A DNA stretch of 47,145 nt, from the NCBI GenBank assembly GCA_945886995.1, contig CAMCZJ010000001.1, forward strand, positions 1 through 47,145, written 5' to 3'. This document shows positions 38,030 through 47,145 of the stretch, one piece after another. How positions within the stretch are numbered: the first letter of the stretch is position 1; the number at the start of each line of letters is the position of its first letter. Below the pieces are notes generated by a model that was not told the origin of the DNA, made no database searches, and saw nothing but the letters and a program-made list of their open reading frames with translations. The stretch is from Asaia bogorensis (GTDB lineage: Bacteria > Pseudomonadota > Alphaproteobacteria > Acetobacterales > Acetobacteraceae). The translations under genes were made by a program, and so were the position numbers.

Positions 38030-38697
38030 TGTCCGACGGTTTTGCCCCCGGTGTGCGCTTCATGGAAAGCGACTTTGCGCCGACATCATTGATTGCGGCC
38101 TTGGATGCGGCGCGCGCCGAGGCCGCCAGAGCCCCGCCGCCTCCACCGCCAGAGCCTGAAGTCGACCCGATGGAGGAAACGCTGCGCGCCGTAGCCGCGG
38201 CAGCACGAGAGGATGGCTTTGCCGCGGGCCGCGCCTCCATGGCGCAGGAAACAGCTCAGCGCGCGTCGGAGAGCTTGGCGCAAGTCGTGAAGATTCTGGG
38301 CGTCAGCCAGCAGGCCTCCGCCGAGATTGCCGCCGAGGCCTGCCATGGCATGGCCGGCCTTGTGATTGCGATGCTGGAAGCCGCTTTGCCAGGATTGGCC
38401 GCCCGCCAAGGCGCCCAATTGATTGGTGATTTCGCCGAAAGGCTGCGCCCGGCGCTTGCCTTTCTGCCGGAGGCCGAGCTACGCCTTAATCCCGCCCTGG
38501 TTGAAGAAGTGCGTGCTCTGGTAGGTGATCTGCCGGTCAAGCTGGTGCCGGATGCCGCGCTTGCCCAGGGTGATGCGCGCGCGGTGTGGCAGGGCGGCGG
38601 CGCCGAATTTGATCTTGCGGCGCGTCGTGCGGCCATTATGGATGTGATGCGCGCGGCCGGTCTCGATCCTGAAGCAGAAGAATTCAAACAGGGGTGA
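38029..38697 (+). CDS. fliH: FliH-like flagellar export/assembly protein
   Basis: A...GF.AG repeat, LRLNP, D.AL..GDARA.W..GG; position between fliG and fliN. Confidence 0.8.
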   Translation: MSDGFAPGVRFMESDFAPTSLIAALDAARAEAARAPPPPPPEPEVDPMEETLRAVAAAAREDGFAAGRASMAQETAQRASESLAQVVKILGVSQQASAEIAAEACHGMAGLVIAMLEAALPGLAARQGAQLIGDFAERLRPALAFLPEAELRLNPALVEEVRALVGDLPVKLVPDAALAQGDARAVWQGGGAEFDLAARRAAIMDVMRAAGLDPEAEEFKQG

Positions 38698-38766
38698 ACT
38701 GGCGGCGGCCCTTAATCTGAAGAAGGCCCTCGCTTGGAAGGCCCGAAGCCCTAGGACAAAAAAGAA

Positions 38767-39096
38767 ATGAGTGGATCGGATAGCTTTGAAGCCATGGAAC
38801 CGCCGCCGCAGCAGGAACAGCGCCCGCAGGTGCAGGCAAGCTCCATGCGTGACCTTGATGCGGTTTATGATATTCCGGTCCAGATCAGCGCAGTGCTGGG
38901 CCGCGCTACCATGCAGGTGAGCCAATTGCTGAAGCTTGGCCGCGGTGCGGTGGTGGAATTAGATCGCCGGCTTGGTGAAGCGGTGGATATCTATGTCAAT
39001 AACCGCCTGGTCGCGCGTGGCGAAGTTGTGATGGTGGATGATAACCGCCTGGGCATCACCATGACGGAAATTGTGAAATCGGATCGCGGCGGCTGA
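38767..39096 (+). CDS. fliN: Flagellar motor switch protein FliN
   Basis: [36 protein letters not shown]. Confidence 0.96.
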   Translation: MSGSDSFEAMEPPPQQEQRPQVQASSMRDLDAVYDIPVQISAVLGRATMQVSQLLKLGRGAVVELDRRLGEAVDIYVNNRLVARGEVVMVDDNRLGITMTEIVKSDRGG

Positions 39097-39097
39097 A

Positions 39098-40537
39098 ATG
39101 GCGCGTGTCCTGATCATTGGTTCACTGGAAGCCGAACTCGGCCAGGCCGCGCGCATTGCCGTGGCGCGCGGTGCGCGCCTTACCGTGGCCGAAGGTGCCG
39201 CCGCCGGCCTTGCGCGGCTGCGTGCCGAAGGCGCTGATCTGGTACTTTGCGACGTGACCCATGATGTCGCATGGCTGATTTCCTGCCTTGCGGAAGAACG
39301 CATCGCCTGCCCCGTCATTGCCTGCGGGCGGCCCAATGACGCCGATGCGGCGGTGCGGGCCATTCGCGCCGGGGCTAAGGAATTCCTGCCCCTTCCACCC
39401 GATGCCGAACTCATCGCTGCCATGCTGCAGACCGTGGCAGGTGAGGCTGACAAGCCCGTGGTCAAAGACCCGGCCATGGTGGTGCTGCTGGATCGCGCCA
39501 CGCAGATCGCACGTGCCGATGCTTCCGTGCTGATCACCGGGGAAAGTGGCACTGGCAAGGAAGTGCTCGCGCGGCACATGCATGCCGCGTCGCGCCGCGC
39601 CAATGGTCCCTTTGTCGCGCTGAATTGCGCCGCCTTGCCTGAAGCCTTGCTGGAAAGCGAGTTATTCGGCCACGAAAAAGGCGCCTTTTCCGGCGCGGTT
39701 GCGGCGCGGAAAGGCAAGTTTGAACAGGCCAATGGCGGTACATTGTTGCTTGATGAAATTGGCGAAATGGACCCCCGCCTTCAGGCCAAGATTCTGCGCG
39801 CCCTTCAGGAACGCGAAATAGATCGCCTGGGTGGCACTGCGCCCATTCGGGTGGATGTCCGCATTCTGGCCGCCACGCATCGGGATTTACAGGCGGAAGT
39901 CGCCAAGGGTCGCTTCCGTGAAGACCTTTATTTCCGTCTGGCTGTGGTCCGGCTGCGCATTCCAGCGCTGCGCGAAAGGCTCGAAGACATCCTACCCTTG
40001 GCGCGCTATTTCGCCGAGCGCTATGCCCATGCGAATGGCTTGCCCTTCCGGCCCCTGTTGCCTGAGGCCGAGGCCATGCTGCTCCGCCATCCTTGGCCCG
40101 GCAACGTGCGTGAATTGGAAAACGCCATCCATCGTGCGGTGCTATTGGCCGAAGGCAGCAGCATTGGGCCGGATGCGGTTGAATTGATGACGCCCACCAC
40201 CGTCATGGCGAGTGCCGCGCCCATCACTTCTGCCATGCCGGAACAAGCTGCTTCACCGGCGCCGCCAATACCTTCTGCCTGGCCGGCCCCCGTGCAAGCG
40301 CCGGCCGCCGCGCCAGCGCGCGGCACCGCTACGCTGGTGGGGCGCCGGATGGAGGAGGTGGAGCGGGAATTGATCCTGGAAACCTTGTCCCACTGCTTGG
40401 GCAATCGAACCCGCGCGGCCGAGATGCTTGGCATTTCCATCCGCACCTTGCGCAATAAACTGCATGAATACCGCGCCGCCGGCGTGCCTGTGCCGCCCAT
40501 TCCCGGGCAGATGCCGGCCACCGCAGTGGTTGACTGA
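39098..40537 (+). CDS. flbD: sigma54-dependent flagellar activator FlbD
   Basis: Atypical receiver domain; [41 protein letters not shown]; [24 protein letters not shown]; position after fliN. Confidence 0.92.
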   Translation: MARVLIIGSLEAELGQAARIAVARGARLTVAEGAAAGLARLRAEGADLVLCDVTHDVAWLISCLAEERIACPVIACGRPNDADAAVRAIRAGAKEFLPLPPDAELIAAMLQTVAGEADKPVVKDPAMVVLLDRATQIARADASVLITGESGTGKEVLARHMHAASRRANGPFVALNCAALPEALLESELFGHEKGAFSGAVAARKGKFEQANGGTLLLDEIGEMDPRLQAKILRALQEREIDRLGGTAPIRVDVRILAATHRDLQAEVAKGRFREDLYFRLAVVRLRIPALRERLEDILPLARYFAERYAHANGLPFRPLLPEAEAMLLRHPWPGNVRELENAIHRAVLLAEGSSIGPDAVELMTPTTVMASAAPITSAMPEQAASPAPPIPSAWPAPVQAPAAAPARGTATLVGRRMEEVERELILETLSHCLGNRTRAAEMLGISIRTLRNKLHEYRAAGVPVPPIPGQMPATAVVD

Positions 40538-40542
40538 ACCGC

Positions 40543-42612
40543 ATGTCTGAAACGCTGGTTCCATCATGGTTGCGACGGGCCCAACCCGGCAATGATGTGT
40601 GGCTGGCGCTTGGCGTTGCGTTGTTGCTTGTTGTCCTTATCGTACCGCTACCCGTTATTCTGCTTGACCTTGGCTTGGCAATTTCCATCACGCTTTCCGT
40701 GCTGGTGCTGATGACATCGCTGTTTCTTACGCGCCCGCTTGATTTCACTTCCTTCCCGACCTTGCTGCTGCTGAGCACGCTTTTGCGCCTGTCGCTGAAC
40801 GTGGCGACCACACGCATCATTCTGACCCATGGCCATGAAGGCCCTGATTCTGCCGGCCATGTCATTTCGGCCTTTGGCGGCTTTCTGATGGGCGGCGATG
40901 TGGTGGTGGGGATGATCGTCTTCTTCATCCTGCTGATCGTGAATTTCGTTGTCATCACCAAAGGCAGCGGGCGTATTGCGGAAGTTGCCGCCCGGTTCAG
41001 CCTGGATGCGATGCCCGGCAAGCAGATGGCGATTGATGCCGATCTTTCGGCGGGGCTGATTGAGGAAGGCGAAGCCCGGCATCGGCGCAAGGAGCTTGAG
41101 GCCGAAACAGGGTTTTATGGTGCGATGGATGGTGCCGCGAAATTCGTCCGCGGCGATGCCATCGCCGGGCTGATCATCACCGCCATCAATCTGGTGGGTG
41201 GCATTGCTATAGGTATTGGCCGCCACGGCATGGCCTTTGGTGAGGCCGTTACCACATTTTCGATGCTCACGGTGGGCGATGGGCTGGTCACGCAAATTCC
41301 AGCGCTGCTGGTTTCGGTCGCTGCCGGTATCGTAGTGACCAAAGGCAGTACGGAAGGTACAGCCGATAAGGCACTGATCCAGCAATTGGCTTCTAGCCCC
41401 AAGCCACTTGCCATCGCCGCCGGAGCGTCGGGCCTTATGGCCATCATGCCGGGAATGCCCTTCCTGCCCTTCGTCGCCCTGGCGGGTGCCGCGGGTTATG
41501 GCGCTTGGCGGCTTATGCAGGCCGAAGAGAAGCGTCAGAGCGCCGCACTTGCGCCGCCATTACCAACGCCGGAGGCTGACCAGCCCATCGCCGAATCCCT
41601 CAAGATGGATCTCCTGCGGTTGGAATTGGGTTATGGGCTGCTCTCACTTGCCGCCGGTGATGCACCGCGCCTGACGGAACAGATCAAGGGTCTGCGCCGA
41701 ACCATCGCGCAGGAAATGGGCTTTATCCTGCCTTCCGTGCGGATTCAGGATAACCTTTCACTGCCTTCCGATACCTACAGCATCAAGGTGAAGGAAATTG
41801 AGGCGGGCCGAGGCCAATTGCGCCACCCCATGCTGCTAGCGATTGACCCATCCGGCGGCATGCCAGATATGCCCGGCGAACGTTGTACGGAACCTACCTT
41901 TGGTCTGCCTGCGCTTTGGATTGACGAAACACGGCGTGAGGAAGCACTTGCGCGCGGTTGTACGGTAGTGGACTGTGCCGGCGTGGTGGCCACGCACATC
42001 ACTGAAATTGTGCGTGAGCATATGTCCGAACTTCTTTCCTTCGCGGAAACCCAGAAATTGTTGGATGAATTGCCCGCGGAACAGAAGAAGCTTGTGTCCG
42101 ATCTTGTGCCGCAACCGATTGGCGTGGGCGGCATTCAGCGTATCTTGCAAAGCCTTTTGACCGAACGCGTTTCCATCCGTGACCTGCCAACCATTCTGGA
42201 AGGCATTCAGGAAGCCAATGCCGGTGGCGCGCGCACCGTCGCTGCCATTCTAGCCATTGTCCGCCAGCGCCTTGCGCGGCAGTTATCTGATGCGGCGCGT
42301 GGGCCGGAAGGTTATGTGCCCATGATCACGCTCTCGGCCGATTGGGAAGTGGCCTTTACCGAAGCGCTGATTGGCCCCGGGGATGATCGCCAGCTTGCCA
42401 TGGCACCTTCCAGGCTTTCCGATTTCATGCAGAAGCTGCGCGACGTCTTCGATAACGCCAATGCCATGGGGGAACAGCCCGTGCTGGTCTGTTCAGGTAC
42501 CATTCGTGCCCATGTCCGCGCCATTGTTGAACGTTTTCGTCCCTCCACCCCCGTATTGGCGCATACGGAAATTCATCCGCGCGCGCGGATACGCACTGTA
42601 GGTTCGCTTTAG
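40543..42612 (+). CDS. flhA: Flagellar export ATPase-docking protein FlhA
   Basis: RLSLNVATTR, EVAARFSLDAMPGKQMAIDAD, GAMDGAAKFVRGDA, GDGLV.QIPALL. Confidence 0.97.
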   Translation: MSETLVPSWLRRAQPGNDVWLALGVALLLVVLIVPLPVILLDLGLAISITLSVLVLMTSLFLTRPLDFTSFPTLLLLSTLLRLSLNVATTRIILTHGHEGPDSAGHVISAFGGFLMGGDVVVGMIVFFILLIVNFVVITKGSGRIAEVAARFSLDAMPGKQMAIDADLSAGLIEEGEARHRRKELEAETGFYGAMDGAAKFVRGDAIAGLIITAINLVGGIAIGIGRHGMAFGEAVTTFSMLTVGDGLVTQIPALLVSVAAGIVVTKGSTEGTADKALIQQLASSPKPLAIAAGASGLMAIMPGMPFLPFVALAGAAGYGAWRLMQAEEKRQSAALAPPLPTPEADQPIAESLKMDLLRLELGYGLLSLAAGDAPRLTEQIKGLRRTIAQEMGFILPSVRIQDNLSLPSDTYSIKVKEIEAGRGQLRHPMLLAIDPSGGMPDMPGERCTEPTFGLPALWIDETRREEALARGCTVVDCAGVVATHITEIVREHMSELLSFAETQKLLDELPAEQKKLVSDLVPQPIGVGGIQRILQSLLTERVSIRDLPTILEGIQEANAGGARTVAAILAIVRQRLARQLSDAARGPEGYVPMITLSADWEVAFTEALIGPGDDRQLAMAPSRLSDFMQKLRDVFDNANAMGEQPVLVCSGTIRAHVRAIVERFRPSTPVLAHTEIHPRARIRTVGSL

Positions 42613-42662
42613 TGTTGTTCCCCCTAGCAATCTTCGCTACGGCGCACTGGGGCTGCTGATAC

Positions 42663-43583
42663 ATGCGGCTCAAGATTTTTCATGGCGCCAATATGGCCGA
42701 AGCCATGACACAGATCCGCACGGAACTGGGCGTGGATGCCATTATCCTGGAACAGCGCCGCACTCGCCTTGGCGTGGAAATCACGGCGGCGCTGGAACCG
42801 GAAGAACCGCTGCTGATCCAGCCTGCCTTCAGGCCGGTGTCGCTCAGCCTTTCAGGGCCGCTCGATTTTCACAACCTGCCGTCGAATATGGTGCAGACCT
42901 TGGCCGCCGCGCCGCTACCGCAAAGCCTGGCTGAAGCGCTGGTATTCGTGCCCCTGCCTCTTGGGCGGGAAAGGCCGCTTTTGCTGGCAGGCCCACCTGG
43001 CGCCGGAAAAACCCTGACCACGGCGAAGCTTACCGCACGCATGGTGCTGCAAGTTGACGCTCCTTTGGTCATTACCACCGATGGCCAGCGTGCCGGCGCG
43101 GTGGAACAGCTTGCCGCCTTCACCCGAGTCTTGGGCGTGACACTGGCGGTGGCGCCAACCCCCGCTGTGCTGGCCAAGGCCTTGGCGCATCGCAACAATG
43201 GGCAGCCAGTGCTGATTGATACCGCCGGCTGCGATCCCTTCAATGAGAATCAGGCCCGCCAATTGCGCCAATTGGCGGTTCAGGCCGGGGCGGATATCGT
43301 CTTGGTGTTGCCTGCCGGCCTTGATGCTTCTGAGGCCGCTGATCTTGCCCGCGCATTTGCCGCGCTTGGCGCGCAGCATCTTTTGCCGACGCGCCTTGAC
43401 GTGGCACGGCGGCTGGGCGGGATAGTGATGGCGGCCAAGGCGGGGCCGCTTGCGCTCACGGACGCGGGCATTGGCCCAGAGGTCGCCGATGGGCTTGAAG
43501 CACTGACCCCGGAAGGGCTGGCGTCGCGCTTGCTTTCCTCTGCACAACGCGGGACTGCCACGTCCGGTAAGGAAGATTCCTAA
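42663..43583 (+). CDS. flhF: FlhF-like SRP-family GTPase
   Basis: N-terminal MRLKIF...M.EAM..IR.ELG.DAIIL; GPPGAGKT, DTAG, TRLD. Confidence 0.85.
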   Translation: MRLKIFHGANMAEAMTQIRTELGVDAIILEQRRTRLGVEITAALEPEEPLLIQPAFRPVSLSLSGPLDFHNLPSNMVQTLAAAPLPQSLAEALVFVPLPLGRERPLLLAGPPGAGKTLTTAKLTARMVLQVDAPLVITTDGQRAGAVEQLAAFTRVLGVTLAVAPTPAVLAKALAHRNNGQPVLIDTAGCDPFNENQARQLRQLAVQAGADIVLVLPAGLDASEAADLARAFAALGAQHLLPTRLDVARRLGGIVMAAKAGPLALTDAGIGPEVADGLEALTPEGLASRLLSSAQRGTATSGKEDS

Positions 43584-44344
43584 TGTCGCAAGGTCTTTTT
43601 ACGCGCTCCGCTGGACGAATGATCGTGGTCGCCTCCGGGAAAGGGGGGGTGGGCAAGACTTTGTTGTCAATCAGCCTGGCCCAAGCCCTCGCCCGTCAGG
43701 GGCGGCGCGTGCTGGTGGCCGATGCTGATCTGGGTCTTGCCAATATTGACGTGCAGCTTGGCATTCAACCGGAACGGGACCTTGCCGGGGTGCTGGCCGG
43801 CAGGCTGACCACCATTGAAGCCGCCACCCCCATCACCAATGCCGGGTTTCACGTGCTGGCAGGGCATTCTGGCTCTGGCGCGCTGGCCTCACTCAGTCCG
43901 GCGGCTTTGGACGCCTTCCTCGCTACGCTAAATGGCGCGCGGCAGCATTGGCAGGATGTGGTGGTGGATCTCGGCGCCGGGCTTGATATGGCACAAAGGC
44001 GCATTGCGGCGTCTGCGGATTTATTGCTGGTGGTCGCGACCGAAGAACCCACCAGCATGACGGATGCCTATGCTGTGCTGAAACTGCATAGCATGGATAA
44101 TCCGAAGGGTATTTCGCGCATCGTGATCAATATGGCGGATGACCGCGCAAGCGGGCAGCGCACCTATGAAGCGCTGCGCCGCGCTGCTGGTGCCTTCCTC
44201 AAGCGAGACATTCCCTTGGCGGGGGTGGTGCGGCGTGATCCCAAGGTGCGTGACGCCATCCGTCATCAGACACCCTTGCTGACCCGCCACCCCAGCGCGT
44301 CAGCGGCTTTGGATATTGAGGCGATTGCGCAAACCTTGCGGTAG
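43583..44344 (+). CDS. flhG: FlhG/FleN MinD-family ATPase
   Basis: SGKGGVGKT, DADLGLANID, DLGAG, EPTSMTDAYA..K; follows flhF. Confidence 0.88.
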   Translation: MSQGLFTRSAGRMIVVASGKGGVGKTLLSISLAQALARQGRRVLVADADLGLANIDVQLGIQPERDLAGVLAGRLTTIEAATPITNAGFHVLAGHSGSGALASLSPAALDAFLATLNGARQHWQDVVVDLGAGLDMAQRRIAASADLLLVVATEEPTSMTDAYAVLKLHSMDNPKGISRIVINMADDRASGQRTYEALRRAAGAFLKRDIPLAGVVRRDPKVRDAIRHQTPLLTRHPSASAALDIEAIAQTLR

Positions 44345-44392
44345 GGTGTTTCGCGCGACGCGATTACCGAACCTTGTCGCGGCCCGCCCTGC

Positions 44393-45805
44393 TCATGAAC
44401 GGTAAGCGCGACGGTTGACGAAGAACCCAGCCACCATCAGGGCCCCGACCAGCGCCGCGCCGAAGCTGAAGATAACCCCGAAGGCGGCGCGAAATGCCTC
44501 CATCCCCATAAGGCCGCGCGCGGCGCCGGCCACTTCCAAGGCTGCGAAAACCGTGCTCAGCAGGGACGCTGCGGTCACAACGCCAAGCGTGCGTGAAACC
44601 TGCGCAAGGCTGCCCGCCACGCCGCGATCCTCACGCGGCATGCGCTCCAGCAAAAGATCCGTGACACTCACCTGAAACAGCCCAAGGCCGATGCCTTGCA
44701 GCGCCAGCGCCGCAACCAGCAGGGGAATCGCGCCGTCAGCAGCACCAATGCTGCCAATCAGCCAAAGCCCGGCAGAGGTCATCACGGAACCAATCAAAGC
44801 CAGCCGCGCGGCACTGATGCGCGCCAGCAAGGCGCCGGCGAAGGGAGAAGCCGCCATCGCCGCCAAATGCCCAATCGCCAGCACCAAGCCGCCCCAGCCC
44901 GCCGGCAAGGCCGCGCCATGCAGCAGCAGATAAGGCAGAAACAGCAGCACCGCGAAACAGGCGAAATTCACGACGGCCGTCGCAATACAGGCAAACAGGA
45001 AATCCGCGTCTCGGAAATAGCGCAGCGCAATCACCGGCCGCGCAATACGCCCAGCATGGCGGCCATACCACCAACCTAGCACCAAAAACCCAAGAGCCAG
45101 CGTCAAGGATAGCGGATTACCCGCCGCGATATCCGGCGCGCGATTAATGCCCAGCAGCAGGCAGCACATCATGCCCGTGATCAGCACTGCACCGGTCAGA
45201 TCAAAACTCTCGCGCTCTGCCGCGCGCGGTGGAGCGCGCAGAAAGACACTCAAGGCCAGCGCAAAAGCCGCGAGCGGCGCACGATACCAATAAACCGCCG
45301 ACCAGCCGAAATGCTCCACCAGCACGCCACCAATCAGCGGCCCAAGCCCGCCACCCGCGGCAAAGCCAAAGGCGTAAAAGCCCAGAATACGTGGGCGCAA
45401 AGCCTCGGTGAAATGGCTGGTCGCCAGCGCAGGGCCGCACCCAATCACCAGCGCCGCGCCAATGCCCTGCATGACGCGCGCCGCCAAAAGCCAAGCGTAG
45501 TTTTCCGCCGTGGCGCAAAGGATGAAGGCCAGAATGCTCCAGGCCAGCCCCAATCGAAACACGCGCAAATAGCCGAAAATATCGCCAAGCCGGCCAATGC
45601 CTAGCATCAGGCTGCCATAGGTCAGCACATAGCAGATCACCACCCATTGAATGCCGGTGCGCCCAAGTTCGAAACGCTCGGTAATCGCTGGAAAGGCGAT
45701 ATTCACGGATGTATCCAGCGGTACAATCATCGTACCGATCGCGATGATGACCAGCACCAGAATGCCCGGTGCGCCAATACGGGGAAGTGTGCCCTCAGCG
45801 CGCAA
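44393..45805 (-). CDS. MFS transporter (DHA2/EmrB-like, 14 TM)
   Basis: LDTSVNIAFP, WVVICY.L, GRLGDIFG, ARVMQGIGAA, GPLIGG; start uncertain (TTG at 45805). Confidence 0.88.
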   Translation of the reverse strand: MRAEGTLPRIGAPGILVLVIIAIGTMIVPLDTSVNIAFPAITERFELGRTGIQWVVICYVLTYGSLMLGIGRLGDIFGYLRVFRLGLAWSILAFILCATAENYAWLLAARVMQGIGAALVIGCGPALATSHFTEALRPRILGFYAFGFAAGGGLGPLIGGVLVEHFGWSAVYWYRAPLAAFALALSVFLRAPPRAAERESFDLTGAVLITGMMCCLLLGINRAPDIAAGNPLSLTLALGFLVLGWWYGRHAGRIARPVIALRYFRDADFLFACIATAVVNFACFAVLLFLPYLLLHGAALPAGWGGLVLAIGHLAAMAASPFAGALLARISAARLALIGSVMTSAGLWLIGSIGAADGAIPLLVAALALQGIGLGLFQVSVTDLLLERMPREDRGVAGSLAQVSRTLGVVTAASLLSTVFAALEVAGAARGLMGMEAFRAAFGVIFSFGAALVGALMVAGFFVNRRAYRS

Positions 45806-46115
45806 GGTACCAGGCTTCAAACGCGCCGAGCCCCGCCATGGCGCCAACCCCAACCAGGATCGCCGCTGCCACGCTGCGCGAGAAATACTGCACCGCCACC
45901 ACCGCCACTGCCGCCACCCAACCCTTCCAGCCATGCGCCGCGAGTGCCGGCATGGCATAGGCCATGAAAATCGGCCCGGGCAGATGCTGCAAGACCACTT
46001 CCACATAACGGGGTGGGCGGAGCGCGCGAAACAGCGCATAGCCGCCAGCGCGACACAGGTAAGTCGCCACCGCCATGCCGATAATGGCGAGCAGCACATC
46101 AGGGCGAAGGGTCAT
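45795..46115 (-). CDS. AzlD family branched-chain amino acid export protein
   Basis: LAIIGMAVATYLCRAGG, LQHLPG; ATGA overlap with azlC. Confidence 0.85.
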   Translation of the reverse strand: MTLRPDVLLAIIGMAVATYLCRAGGYALFRALRPPRYVEVVLQHLPGPIFMAYAMPALAAHGWKGWVAAVAVVAVQYFSRSVAAAILVGVGAMAGLGAFEAWYLAR

Positions 46116-46834
46116 TCCCGGCGCAACTCCAACCATGCCCCCAGCGCCGCACCAGCAAAGGCGCCAATTAGCAAGGGCCAAGGCGACCCAAGCCCCACCT
46201 TCCAGGCCAATACCGCCAGCGCGCCCGCCAAAACCCAAGGCCAGAAATCCCGCCGCACTCCGCGCCAGAGCGGCACGAGTATCGCCACAAAAGTCGCGAT
46301 GGCCGCAAAGTACAGCGGATGCCCCGCCGGAAATCGCACCGCCGAGCCCAGAATATGCCCAAGGCTGACTGAGATATTCCAAAAGCACCAAAGCGTCACG
46401 CCAATGCCCAGCAGATACCCGGCATCGCGCCCGCCGCGCCGTTGCTCGGCAGCGGAAAGCGCGAAGGCGTGATCCACCATGAAGGCAAGGCTGCCCCAAA
46501 GCTTCACGCCGCGCAGCTTATCGAGCCAAGGCGCCAAAGCCGCACCCATCGGTGCCATGCGGATATTCACTACAATCGCGGCGATGGTGGCAGCCATAAT
46601 CGGCGCCGGTTCGGACCAAAGCTCCAAAGCCAGCAATTGCGAGGATCCCGCGAATAGCAGCGCGGCCATCAGCACAGTTTCCAGCCAGGAAAGCCCCTTC
46701 TGGTCGGAAATCACCCCCACCACTAAACCAAACGGAAAGGTGCCAATCACCAGGGGCAAGGCGGTGCGGACACCACGCGCCACGCCATGCCGGGTGAAGA
46801 CCACCGGTCCTTTAACTTCAGTCTGATCACTCAT
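46112..46834 (-). CDS. AzlC family branched-chain amino acid export permease
   Basis: PFGLVVG, FAGSSQL, VNIR, FMVDHAFA; ATG at 46834. Confidence 0.9.
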   Translation of the reverse strand: MSDQTEVKGPVVFTRHGVARGVRTALPLVIGTFPFGLVVGVISDQKGLSWLETVLMAALLFAGSSQLLALELWSEPAPIMAATIAAIVVNIRMAPMGAALAPWLDKLRGVKLWGSLAFMVDHAFALSAAEQRRGGRDAGYLLGIGVTLWCFWNISVSLGHILGSAVRFPAGHPLYFAAIATFVAILVPLWRGVRRDFWPWVLAGALAVLAWKVGLGSPWPLLIGAFAGAALGAWLELRRE

Positions 46835-47145
46835 TCGCGCCGGCCTGAAAGCAGCATTTCTTCGGCTTCGGCCGGGTCCATCGCCAAGGCGCGGCGCGCA
46901 ACGCCTTGGGCAAAGCCCCCGCGCGCCAGCGCTGCCAGCGCCTTCATCCGCGCTGTCGCATCGGCTGCCACGCGCGCAAAGGGCCCAACCCGGCGGCGGC
47001 GACAAAAGGCCAGCGCGGCCAGCAGCTCAGTCTCCTCACCTTCGGGCAGGGCGGCGGCGGCGGTCTCGGTCTCGATCCCCTTGGCGGCGAGGTGCGCGGC
47101 AATGGCGCGGCGGGAATGGCCGGAACGTGCCAGGCGCCGGGCTCG
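46831..47145 (-). CDS. recX: RecX family regulatory protein (5' truncated by window edge; not in ORF track)
   Basis: Manual translation RARRLARSGHSRRAIAAHLAAKGI...FCRRRRVGPF...ALARGGF...; stop TGA overlaps azlC ATG. Confidence 0.85.
   Translation of the reverse strand, partial: RARRLARSGHSRRAIAAHLAAKGIETETAAAALPEGEETELLAALAFCRRRRVGPFARVAADATARMKALAALARGGFAQGVARRALAMDPAEAEEMLLSGRRE

Noticed and set aside
39098-39450. Degenerate receiver domain and GAFSGA variant in FlbD as a novelty
   Set aside because: An atypical receiver is already known for FlbD, and GAFSGA is a recognised variant of the GAFTGA loop.
45806-46099. N-terminal extension of the MFS ORF (568 aa)
   Set aside because: Overlaps azlD in another frame; transporter-like sequence begins near 45800.

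Overview
GC-rich alphaproteobacterial chromosome segment; gene content and protein style suggest Acetobacteraceae/Roseomonas-like (inference). The left ~12 kb is housekeeping and metabolic: DEAD-box helicase, ABC exporter, SDR, Bug-family binding protein, GT4 glycosyltransferase, dgoK, trpS, yggS, ThiE-like gene and a porin. Most of the rest is a Caulobacter-type flagellar cluster in two blocks. Block 1 is flgB-flgC-fliE-fliQ-fliR-flhB-cckA, divergent from orf-fliO-fliP. Block 2 is flgE-flgK-flgL and flagellin-flbT-flaF, divergent from fliK-flgD and fliF-fliG-fliH-fliN-flbD-flhA-flhF-flhG. Between the blocks lie a MacAB/LolCDE-like ABC operon, tRNA-Thr(CGT), a small decayed islet (GMC oxidoreductase, internally deleted nitronate monooxygenase, YaiI) and tsaD. 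The right end is recX-azlC-azlD-MFS. The most striking observation is a ~54-aa Trp/Tyr module with atypical codon usage inserted into the hook protein FlgE; it resembles CBM5/12-like modules seen in phage tail proteins and would give a hook decorated with a putative glycan-binding domain. Also visible: back-to-back sigma54 promoters with ftr-like FlbD enhancers, a ~100-bp CATG-bounded insert carrying a bridging mini-ORF between fliQ and fliR, and several structured intergenic RNA candidates. No CRISPR array, integrase or transposase was seen. All family calls come from recognising motifs by eye; no database searches were run.
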